NCBI RefSeq assembly: GCF_036971445.1
Contig: NC_091477.1
Span: forward strand, 97,030,001-97,094,000
DNA: 64,000 nt
Source: Narcine bancroftii
Taxonomy: Eukaryota
Reading direction: 5' to 3'
The notes below the pieces were generated by a model that saw only the letters and a list, made by a program, of their open reading frames with translations, did not search any database and had not been told where the DNA came from. A program made the translations under genes and the position numbers. Positions 11,855 through 23,105 of the stretch are shown one piece after another. Positions within the stretch are counted from its first letter, which is position 1, and each line of letters begins with the position of its first letter.

Positions 11855-13153
11855 GTAAATTGGAGCAAATTTATAATAGCATTTCCATCTTTACTTCTGA
11901 GGGCATATATATTTCAAAATGTGTACTAAAATTAAAATCTTTGCATGTAATTAACTGCAGTGGTATTGTCAACCATCCACTTTCAAGTAAGTATAATTTT
12001 CAAGAAAGAATGTGATGAAAATTTATAGGCTTTGTCTTGACTGAAGTATCTAATTTAAATCTACTTTTGTAAATTCTGATTTTCCCTGGCCCAAGTGTAT
12101 TACTTGACAAACTGCAGAATCCATACTAATTTTGATAAGAGTTTATTGATGTATATTTTATACAACTTGCATATGAATGAAGATTTTTGATTTCGGCAGC
12201 TGAAAGGGTACTTGGTTTAAAACAACTACAAAACACCCAAAAAACTACATTAGTATACTTGATTAAATTAAAAAGAGACTGTAAACATAAAAAATAGAAA
12301 ATAAATAATAAGTTATTGTAGTGTATATAAAAAAAAAGACTTACTTCTTGTGGTATTGGAGTAGTCCAAGAGTAATGTGACAAGGGTAGGTTTCAAAGTC
12401 TGATACCTGTTGAAAGGGAACTGTTTTTGAACCTAGGGGTGCTATCTTCAGGCTCCTGTACTTTCTACCCAAAGGTTGCAGAAAGAATAGATTGTAACCA
12501 TGGTAATGATGAAACAAAAGTAATGAAAAACTCTGCTATTTAGGATGTAAATAAAAGAGGAACAAACATAAAAGATTTGAAATGTGTGTTCATCTAAGAA
12601 TATTCAAAGGCATTTTGCAGTAGATAAAGTAATTTTTTGAAATATCATTTAAGATACTGATTTGAGTGATAAGTATTAGCAAGAATACTAGAAATAATTA
12701 ATCTGCTCTTAGAGCAGACCATGTCGATCTAAGACAGCAGACGAGATTTTATTGACACTTCCAAAGATCCTGCTAGCAACATTAGTAAAGAGCTTTGTAC
12801 TTGAATCTTGGGCATGGGACTTGAAATTACAACTTCTGATTTTGGATAAATCACAGCTCCATGCTACATATAAGCTGCTGCTAGTTGATTTAATATTTTT
12901 ACTCGACTTGGAAGAAGCAATTGGCTCCTGGACAATGAACAAAGAGAACCTGGAGGGACACAACGAGTAGTTAATATTTTGGGTTACAACCCTTTCTCCA
13001 GACTAAAGTCGTGAATAAGCCTGGCTTGTTCATGATTCTGGGTGACCAGGGATCAAAAATGGTTGGAATTGAAATAGTTTACTGTTTAAAACATACATAA
13101 TGAATCTGATTGAAAACTGTTGACAGTGTATGCCTGTTTGTGTTTAATTATAG

Positions 13154-13274
13154 GCTTAAACAGCTTGAGGTTCGCCGGCTGATGAGAGAAAGAGGTGATG
13201 GTCCTTGGTATCAGTATGAAACATTGGATAAAAATTTGATTGATAATTCTCCAAAATCAAACCCAGATTTCTAA
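13154..13274 (+). CDS. NDUFB5: NDUFB5 exon 6 (last coding exon)
   Basis: [42 protein letters not shown]; spliced CDS totals 558 nt (185 aa). Confidence 0.97.
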
Positions 13275-13361
13275 ATGAACAAAAGATAATAAGATTACCA
13301 TTATCAAGAATGAATGAAGAAATAGTTAAATTATCATGTTTGTGTTTGCATCATTTTGACA

Positions 13362-13367
13362 AATAAA
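13362..13367 (+). terminator. NDUFB5 polyadenylation signal
   Basis: AATAAA ~90 nt after the stop, followed by a GT/T-rich tract. Confidence 0.65.
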
Positions 13368-14094
13368 ATTTCTTATTCCAATCAAAACATGTTTGTTCTT
13401 TAAGTTACCATTCTTTTATTGCTATTCTCCCCTGATTTTTGACATTTCAATGATAGATTTATGGATGCAAATCTGCATTTAGTGACGAGAAAAAGATTGA
13501 AATGCCTCCTTATAGAGTCCTATAACACAAAAATCAGCCTTCTGCCAGAATGTCCATGCTGACCAAGTACACATCGTAATTTATCTCATTGCCAGTACTT
13601 GATCTGTAGATTTCTATATCTTGCCCTTGAAGTCCTTGTCCTGATAGTTTTTATTTAAAAAAATAAATGTAATTTATATTATCAAATATGTACAATAGAA
13701 ATAAAGTTCAAAACTCTGTTATTTGTGTCCTATTCTGAATAGGATCATCCAGCCACAATATATTAGCTTGTAAGGAAATGTGGAATGATACCTGGACTTC
13801 AAGGATTCAGTGAAGGATTATATGAAGTAGGAGTATATTTCCTGAGAATATGGAAGATTTTAAAGGCAATTTAATAGAAAGTTTAAACAAATAGAGTCAG
13901 AGCAAATGGAGAGAAGCTATTTTTGCTGATTAGCTTCTCTGGGACCAAATAGTCAAAGGTTATAGCCAGGTATCTCAGGAATGGTATGGAAACATTAAAA
14001 AGTAGAATTTTAAAACCTCTGAAAATATCAATTGATATATCAATCAATCAATCGTTAACTTTAAATCTGGAATTGATAGATATATGACCCAATG

Positions 14095-14520
14095 TCAAAT
14101 TCATGTTTTTAAAAAGTATCTTCTGTGTATACACAATCCAGCGAAACAGCACTTCTCCAGAGCATGATGCACACACATACATACATAATAATCACATATA
14201 TCTATAGAGATGCAATTTAAAACAAATATATATAAATATTTGGGGATAGTTTACTCAGTTATAGGATACTGTTTATCAATCTCACAGCCTGTTGGAAGAA
14301 GCTGTTTCTCTTGATAGTGGGTCAAAGATGCTGTGTGCTCAATGGAAAGGGCCTTCTATAATTCTTTGAGCCCCTATTTAAGGAGTTCTCCTGCTAAATG
14401 CCATTAATCAAGGAAAGGGAGACACCGTGATCTTCTCAGTCCGAAGCTTTGCAGCAACCATGCCACACAATGATGCAGCCAGACAAGACAATCTCAATTG
14501 TGCTGGTAGCCTTGTTCTCA
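14095..14520 (-). mobile_element. Rex1-like LINE remnant
   Basis: GGAAGAAGCTGTTTCTC and GTGGGTCAAAGATGCTGTG are reverse matches to the family 3' region. Confidence 0.55.
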
Positions 14521-14859
14521 GCTCTTTAGGTTGTGTGTTAGAGGATGTAGAGGAAAGACTAGTACAGAAAATCAGGTCATTGAGCCTAATGAGTAATGAG
14601 AGGCTTAAAAAGTTCGAAAGGCCAATCTTGTTTCCATGTTTCTTTAAAGAAAAGAATGGAAGGAAGTAAATGAGTTAGATGAAATATGGACAGAATTTTC
14701 TTTGAGTCCATAAATACTGACGTGGAGCTGCTATGATGAACAGTATGTTTATGTTCTGTGGAACTAGGTAAATATCTGAAATGGAAAACTCATAAAAGTG
14801 AAATTGAAATATGAATGCTGTATATATTTATGTGATTGAATTTTTTGGACCACTTTTTG

Positions 14860-16462
14860 GGGCATTGGTAGAGCATTGGCTGATCAGCAGGGATCAGAGA
14901 ATGGGAATAAAGGGATCCTATTCTGGTTGGCTACCGATTACCAGTGGTGTTCTTCAAAGGTCAATGTTGGGGCCACATCTTTTTACTTCCTTTGGTAATG
15001 ATTTGGATTACAGAATAAATTGCTTTTCTGTCTGGGCACTCTCCAACAGGATGGCATTGACATCGACTTCTCTTGTTTCTGTTAGTCCCACCCCATCTTT
15101 CCCTGTATTTCCTTTCCTCTAGTCTGTCTCTTTCCCCTATCCCCTATCCCCTTTCCCCTTTCCCTCTATCTTCTTTCCCCAGCTCTGCTTCAGCAGAAGC
15201 CAAATCCACCCCTCCCCCAGTCACTTCTCACCTTTCCTCTCTCCTGCATTTGATTCTTATCCAATTTGCACCTTAGTACCCCTCCCCTTGCCCATTCTTC
15301 AATCTCCCCAGCCTTTTAATTCAGGCACCTGCCAGCTTTTTATGTGCACCTTGAAGAAGGACTCAGTACCAAAATGTTGGTTATATATCTTTATCTCCTA
15401 TAGATTCTGTGAGTTCCTCCAGCATTTCTGTGTTTTTATCTCCTATAGATTCTGTGAGTTCCTCCAGCATTTCTGTGTTTTTACTGCAATCATAGCATCT
15501 GCAGACTTCTGTGTTTCACTCATGGCTAAGTTTGCAGATAATTAAAAAATATGTGGAAGGGCAGGTAGTGAGGAGGAAATGGAAAGGCTGCAAAGGGACA
15601 GATAGATTAGGAGAATGGGCAACGAAGTGGCAAATGAAATACAATGTTGGAAAGTGTACGGTCACGCACTTTAGTAGAAGGAGTAAAAGGGACAGTGATT
15701 ATTTGGATGGGGAGAAAATTAAAAATTCGGAAATGCATAGGGTCATGAGAGTGGTCGTGCAGAATACCTAAAGGTTAACCTCCAGGTTGAGACAGTGGTG
15801 AAGAAGATGAATGCAGTCTTCATTCATATCTAGAGGGATAGGATACATGAGCAGGGATAGGATACATGAGCAGGGATATGATGTTGAGGTTTTATAAGGC
15901 ATTCGTGAGACCTCACTTGGAGTACGGGGTACAGTTTTGGCCTTCTTATTTCAAAGGGAATGTGCCGGCATTGGAGAGGATTCAAACAAAATTGACAAGA
16001 ATGATTTCTGGAATGAATGGATTAGCATTTGAGGAACATTTGACAGCTCTTGGACTGTATTCCTTGGAGTTCAGAAGAATGAGGGTGGACCTCATAGAAG
16101 CATTTTGAATGTTGGAAGGGCTGGAGAGAGTAGATGTGGCAAAGTTGCTTCCAATGGTAGAGTAGTCTCAGACAAATCGCACAACTTCAGGATTGAAAGG
16201 TCCCCATTTAAAACAGGAATGTGGAGGAATTTAGTTAGTGGTGAACCATTGGAATTTGCTTACAGGGGTGGCTGTGGAGGCCAAGTTGTTGGGTGTATTT
16301 AAAGCAATGATTGATAGTTATTTGAATAGTCAGGGTATCAAAAGATATGGCGAGAAGGGAGGTGAATGGGGTCGAGTGGGAGAATGGATCAGCTCTTGAT
16401 GGAATGGTGGAGTGGACTCAATGGGCTAAATGGTTAACTTCTGCTCCTGTACCTTATGGTCT
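14860..16462 (+). mobile_element. CR1 LINE 3' part, interrupted by a Penelope-like insertion
   Basis: TSGVLQRSMLGPHLF, KFADN, WQMKYNVGKC, VRPHLEYGVQFW motifs. Confidence 0.88.
15021..15500 (+). mobile_element. Penelope-like element 3' end plus pseudo-LTR
   Basis: FCLGTLQQDGIDIDFS resembles the C-terminus of Penelope GIY-YIG ORFs; pyrimidine tract; decayed hammerhead-like TTGAAGAAGG..CCAAAA; ~47-bp tandem duplication at ~15390-15482. Confidence 0.65.
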
Positions 16463-16837
16463 CATTAGGCAGTGGCCTTAGTACTGGTGAATCCTCATGC
16501 CTTTGAACAAATTATGGAAAGTACATTTCCTTTGAGCTGAAATATTTATTTCAGATTAAAAATAACTAGAATAGTCATCAATGTTTCCTCCTCAAATAAT
16601 GTCAGGGTTTTACTGCCCTCTACTGTAATATGTATCACACTGCATCCCAAATACAGATTTTTAATTTTGTTTTAATTACACAAAATATAATTTATCTTAA
16701 TAATTCTGTCTTTAATTCAAATATGTAATTTGATTGAACCCATAAAGAACATTGTTGTAAATACATCTTTTTATTCCATATGCTTATTGTTTCCAGTGAT
16801 TTTGAAATTCAACTTTAAATTATTATTTTTAAAATAT

Positions 16838-17070
16838 TTAGCCATACAACATGGTAACAGGCCATTTCGGCCCATGAGTCTCTGCTTCCCAATTAACCTA
16901 CACCCCAGTACGTTTTGAATGGTGGGAAGAAACTGGAGCCCCCGGGGAAAACCCACACAGACACAGGGAGAACTTACAAACTCTGTACAGACAGCATGAG
17001 ATTCAAACGCTGGTCCTGATCGCTGGCGCTGTAAAGGCATTATGTGAACTGCTACGCCAACCGTGCGGCC
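16838..17070 (-). mobile_element. tRNA-derived SINE (HE1-like); other copies at ~19930-20140(-), 33325-33515(-), 33850-34090(+), 34330-34560(+), 48400-48720(+)
   Basis: Minus strand GGCCGCACGGTTGGCGTAGCAG...TTTGAATC A/B-box-like head, and a CR1-like tail (GGGCCGAAATGGCCTGTT). Confidence 0.75.
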
Positions 17071-18775
17071 CAACGTGGTTATTTGGATTCAGCTTTGCCT
17101 ATCCAATGTTTAAGGGTGGATTTTTTGTGAATTAAAGAAGCTTACCCATGATTGGGTTGTTAGAATTATGGCATGTTAACAACAAATATTTTATGTCCAT
17201 TTGATTGAAGTGCATTGTACAATTAATTTAAGCTGTTTTCATACTTCAAACTTCTTCACCTTTTGCTGTCTTTTAAACTATGAGTGGGAATACTGAAATT
17301 TCTTGTCCATATGTATCCAAAGTGTATTACCAACTTTTTCGATGCAATGTTTATTCAAACTGTCCTGTCAAAAATGGCAACAAATTTGTTTCTGAGTCTG
17401 TTAACAGGATCATGATTTATTTTCTGTTCCATTTACAATCAACACTTTGGCATTTAATTGGATTATTTCTTCACAATCTGACTTAGATGTGCTAAAATCT
17501 CCAGATGCTTGGGATAAAGAATTGCAGAAACCTACTGCTGTCTGGAATCTCTGATTTAAGTGACAGGTCCCTTGAAAGTAGGTCCCCTCAGTTGAGACTC
17601 TCCCACTGGTGAAAACATCTTGACATCTTCCTTTTGACATGCCCATTTACGATCTTATATGCTTCAATAAGATCACCTTCAGTCTTCTAAACTCTGTTTG
17701 AAACATGGCTTGTGTTTGTAATTGTACATTACACCAGCACTGCATCTTAGAACAAGCAATGTGTATATTCTTAATTTGTAAAATGGTCAGTTTTTAATAA
17801 TGTTACTCTAAGTATCATTTTAAAGTTGCAAATCTCAATCTAAGCAAACAACTCTTGACAGTTTTTAATAGCTGAACACATTTATGACTGCGTCTAAACT
17901 GGAATAATTGTGATTCACCCACCCCAAGGACACCTATGTCTACTTATCATATTTTCAAGACTTGGAGTAATGACAGCAGCCTCAACTTTAAAAAAAAACT
18001 CCAGAATGTATAATTCATTCTATAGGAACAGAACTGTTATTGTTTAGATGTGACATTAAATTGAGGTTTTATATGAGGTTGATGTAAAAGATCCAATGAT
18101 ACCCTTTGAAAAAGAGCAGGCGAGGGTTTGGAGGGGGGTGGGGAGTGAGAAGGGGGAGGGAAGATAGGGGGAAAAAGGGAAGAAAATGCCACTGTGTATA
18201 TTTAAGAGGGAAATATTTGTATGTATTTTGATTGATATGGTTCACAGTGTGAAAATTTTTTTTTAAATTAAAAAAAGAAAAAGAGCAGGAGAGATTTTCA
18301 ATATCCTAACCTACATTTAGTCTTGAATTACTCTGTCAAAAGCTGTTGAGTTGGGTGTTTGTTGATGGATGTCAGCTGGTACTTAAATTGGTTTCCATGT
18401 GTTTTTAAAGCACCCTGTCTTTCAAAATTAATGAAACTGGCTATAAAATGCTTTGGGATACCACAAGGATATAATTTACACTACTTAAAAACTTTGCTGT
18501 CTTGGATATTGGAATCCACTTAACTAGCACTAGAGTAAAGATTGTATATTCCTTGTTAGCTGCACTTTAAACTTACACTAGATCTTTAGTAATTACTTTG
18601 TATATGTCATGAGCCATCACTATTTTATTTTTACCTTTTGCTGATTTTTGGCACTATTAACTATTTAACTTACAATGTCTTTCCATGGACCACAAGACAT
18701 AGGAACAAATTAGGCCATTCAGCCCAACATGGCTGATTTTTCCTCTCAACCCTGTTCTCCTGCCTCCTAATACGA

Positions 18776-19767
18776 TTTCAAATTGAATTGTTTATTGCTT
18801 CATGTATCAAGATACAACAAAAAGCTTTGTTTTGTGTGCTATATGGGTATATCAACCCTCAAGTACAATAGATAGTGCAAAATCGTAGAATATAGCATTA
18901 CAGAGAAAAGTACTGTTTTACAAAATGCAAGGGTAGAAATTAGGTTTTGTGAGATCAGGAGATCATGATTATGTATGGGAGGTTCAAGTGTCTGATAACA
19001 ACAGGAAGAAAACTGTACTTAAATATGGTGTTATATGCTTTCATACTCTTGTATCTTCCACCAGATGAGAAAGGGGAAAGAATATGATTGGGTGGATGAA
19101 TTTTTTATTATGTTGGTTGTATTCATGAGGCAGTGGGAAGTGCCGATGGGGGCAATGGAAGGAAGGCTGGACTGCTGGAGCCTCAGTTACATTCACAACT
19201 CACTACAATTTCTTGCAGTCTAGAGCTGCGATGCATGTCAACTTTCTACATGAGCTCTATAGAGAGCATCCTGGCTGAACAGTGTGGTATGGTTGCTGCA
19301 GAGAAATGGATTGGAGGTCAATCCACAGGACTATAAGAGCTGCAGAGAGGATCACTGGAGTCTCCATCTCCCATTGACGTCTGAAGATTGTTGTCTGAAG
19401 TGGGGGCACAAAATCATTGAGGACCCCTTCCACCCCACACACCGTATCTTTCAGGTGCTCCCTTTGAGAAAGAGATATAGGTGTTTCAGAGCCAGAATTA
19501 CCAAGCTGAGGAACAGTTTCTTTGCACGACCAGTGAGAATGCTGAACGACCAAAAGAATTCCTCACATTAACAATCTGAAACTCTCATATTCACAAAACA
19601 ATATTTATTTATTTATTTGTATATTCCTCTTCAAAGACTTATCCTGCATGTGTATTGCTTGTCTATGTGTATGTGTGTAATGTCTGGTTGTGTATTTCTT
19701 GCACCGAGGACAAGTGAGTGCTGTCAGGTTGTACTTGTGTAATCAGATGACAATAAACTTGACTTGA
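18776..19767. mobile_element. Two divergent Rex1-like LINE 3' fragments (minus ~18776-19222, plus ~19225-19767)
   Basis: IIEDPFHPTHRIFQVLP..RYRCFRARITKLRNSFF on plus; GACAATAAACTTGACTTGA tail; reverse-strand relative on the left. Confidence 0.7.
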
Positions 19768-20945
19768 AAAATTCTCAACAGGATACTTTCTATTGTATAT
19801 CAATAAAAAATAGTATGAAGAATATAATATTCTGAGGACATGCATTGTTTGAACTATTTTTATCAACACTAAGCAAAGGATTTAGGTTCTACACCTTTTA
19901 ATAACTTAATTTACTTTAAAAAATTTAAATTTAGACATAGAGCATGGTAACAGGCCCTTCTGGCTAATGAGTCTGTGCCATCCAAATACCCCAAATAACC
20001 TACAAGCCTGGGCCTTTTTATAGGGTGGCAGGAAACCAGAGGACATGGAGGAAACCCAAGCAGCCATGAGGAAAGTACTGGATAAGAAACCCTGGTCTCT
20101 GAAACTGCAATAGCAATACACTAACCAATTCCATAACTGTTGCTGGAATTAACAATTCCTGTTAATTCCTGAAAATACTGTTAAAATGAATGAAGGTGGT
20201 AACATGTTGATTCCTCACGTCATTGCTGTCATCTGCCTTAGGGAATGGGAGCAAAACTTTGGCTCAATTTCCAATTAGCTACAAAATCAAGCAATTTACA
20301 TACGATTAAAGGACCTTGCAAAGTATAAATACACCACCTGCAATAATTTATAAAGGGGCATAGGAATCTAAAGTGTTTTAATTTATCTGCAGTATTTGTA
20401 CATAGCAACTTGATTTAACATTTTGCATTAGCCATTGTTGTCACATATTCACGTTACATTACTTTAAAGATGTTTTGTGGCTTTTGAAGTGTTGCTTTAT
20501 TTTTTTAGTAAACTTCATTTAATAGTGCAAATCATACCTCGCCTTTTAAAAGTAAACGTCAGGGTTTTGTGATTGCAGATCTGACAGATGGTAAGTATAC
20601 ACCATTCCATTGTTGGTGATGAACTAGGTGGCCACAGAAGGTTGAAAACAAGACCATGACTCAGATGCATGAATTGTCCTCATGGAATTGTTTTCTTTTT
20701 ATGAGCATAGTGTCTTAGGAAGCCCTTGAACCTTGACATCAAGATACAGCTGGGAACTCAGCCATTTAAAGAATAGTTTGTGACACCCAGAAGCTACTAA
20801 TCATTGTTAGAATATTCTTGACATTAAAAAATCTTTGAATTAAACGTGCGATAATACTTGGAAGACGTTATATTTCATGTCACAAAATATTAGTTACTTT
20901 CAGTTTTTACTTAACATGTCTATCAGGAAGTACAAATGTTATATG

Positions 20946-21169
20946 TGTGATAGTACAGATTCTATCACCAATGTGGATATGTACAGATGGTAGTGTAGGA
21001 TGACTGTGATTGGCTGAGAGTGTAGCCAATGGCAGGTCTTAAAGGATTGCTCCTAGCCAGACCAGGTCATTCTGGACTGGTCGACCTACTTGTGATATGC
21101 TCCAGTCTTTTAGTTAATAAAAGCCTTGGTTTGGATCAACAAGTCTTTGTTCTTTCGACATGCATTACA
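20946..21169 (+). mobile_element. Solo LTR (Gypsy-type, 224 bp)
   Basis: TGTGAT...ATTACA termini; perfect 5-bp TSD ATATG; internal AATAAA. Confidence 0.85.
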
Positions 21170-21660
21170 ATATGGTCTTTCTTAATTATGGGTAGGGTCC
21201 TTTACAGAAAACTCCACAATGTCCAGGGGATTCAAAATATCTAATCTCCCATTGAACTCTGATCTTCAATAAGATAACAGAATTATTCCTTCCTTGGTCC
21301 ACCTATTGACCACTGACCCCTTCCCCCTTCTTTAATATTGCCTGCCTTCCCTTGTGCTCCTCTCCCTGCCTCTCCCCTTCACCATTTTGTTTGGGCGCCT
21401 GTCTTCATTTTGGAAGCTAAATTTATTGATTATTTTTGACAGATTTGAACGCCTGCTATGACCATGATTAAGTAACTTGTTGGTATTTTCTCTGCTGTTT
21501 TGTGGGTAGTATGTGTTCTCTCTTCACCAGATGAACATCTAAACATGCTCAAGGACCTTACTGAAGAGGACTGAGATAGCTTCAGAATGGAAATTGATTA
21601 TAAGAAACCACACCAGGTAAATTCAAAGATAACAAATAGAAAAACAGTAAGTGAGGTTGG

Positions 21661-21950
21661 CATGGAGCTGGTGGGGAATTCCAGCCCATTGGAGCTGGTG
21701 CTGGTGGGGAATTCATGGAGCTGGTGGGGAATTCTAGCCCATTGGAGCTGGTGCTGGTAGGGAATTCATGGAGCTGGTGGGGAATTCTAGCCCATTGGAG
21801 CTGGTGCTGGTGGGGTATTCATGGAGCTGGAGGGGAATTCCAGCCCATTGGAGCTGGTGCTGGTGGGGAATTCATGGAGCTGGTGGGGAATTCTAGCCCA
21901 TTGGAGCTGGTGCTGGTGGGGAATTCATGGAGCTGGTGGGGAATTCTAGC
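21661..21950. repeat. ~54-bp minisatellite, ~5.5 copies
   Basis: Unit CATGGAGCTGGTGGGGAATTC(C/T)AGCCCATTGGAGCTGGTGCTGGTGGGGAATT, built from two related halves. Confidence 0.95.
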
Positions 21951-22329
21951 TCATTGTTTTAGGGTGAAAATTGTTCTCCTGAATTGTCATTCCCTGAAAC
22001 ATGACATCTCTCTTCATGGATATTGTCTGTCCAATTTTCACTGACCCTCTGCACATTGCCAGTGTTATTTATTACGTACCAGACAGCAGCAATAGAAGTG
22101 AGCCCATATAGTGTTGTATTTAAAATAATAATTTTAATTATTAATTAACAATGATATAGCACCTTACCTAACTTATTTACACTTGTCTAAACTTATCTAA
22201 CTTAACTCACATCTATGCATGAATGAACATTGTGTGCGTGTGTGTGTGTGGAACACCCCAAGCCACTACAGCTCAAGGCCAAATTCTCAAAAGGCAGTTC
22301 AACATTCAGTTTCGGAAGTTCAGTGATGA

Positions 22330-22752
22330 TATGTAGGCTTTAGATGGATGCGACACGCAGGCTTTAGATGGATGTGATATGTAGGCCTTAGATGGATTCA
22401 ACACATAGGCTTTAGATGGATGCGACACTCAGGCTTTAGATGAATGTGATATGCAGGCCTTAGATGGATGCGACACACAGGCCTTAGATGGATACGACAC
22501 GCAGGCCTTAGATGGATGCGACACGCAGGCCTTAGATGGATGCGACACGCAGGCTTTAGATGGATGCGACACGCAGGCCTTAGATGGATGCGACACGCAG
22601 GCCTTAGATGGATGCGACACACAGGCCTTAGATGGATTCAACATGTAGGCTTTAGATGATGCAACACACAGGCTTTAGATGGATGTGATATGTAGGCCTT
22701 AGATGGATTCAACATGTAGGTATTAGATGAATGTGACACGCAGGCTCTAGAT
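22330..22752. repeat. 24-bp minisatellite, ~17 copies
   Basis: Unit GCAGGC(C/T)TTAGATGGATGCGACAC. Confidence 0.95.
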
Positions 22753-23105
22753 GAAATTAGCAGTTCATGAAGTGGGTGAGTGAGACCAGGGGTGACAGAA
22801 TGTTGTTTAACTCACGAAAACCTTGTCAAGAAGCTTGTGACCCTCACACTGGTCACCATCCAAACGTAGTATTTCTTCTGCTTTCAGAAGCCTTTTCATG
22901 GGTTAGCTGAACAATGTGACCTCACTTTTCTGGTCACAGAGTGGTATTCTCATTCCCCTATAATGTGGAGAAATCAGACAGTTTGTCAATAACCATACAT
23001 GAGCCCACAGACAGAACAGTATCCTTTCAAAGGTTGCTTCTCCAAGTACTGACTCCTTAAAATGCCCACACTTATTCCCCTTCAAACATGGAGACATATT
23101 GTCTG

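Noticed and set aside
21661-22752. Regular repeats that could be mistaken for CRISPR arrays or repeat proteins
   Set aside because: Head-to-tail units with no unique spacers, no cas genes, and a eukaryotic intron-exon context
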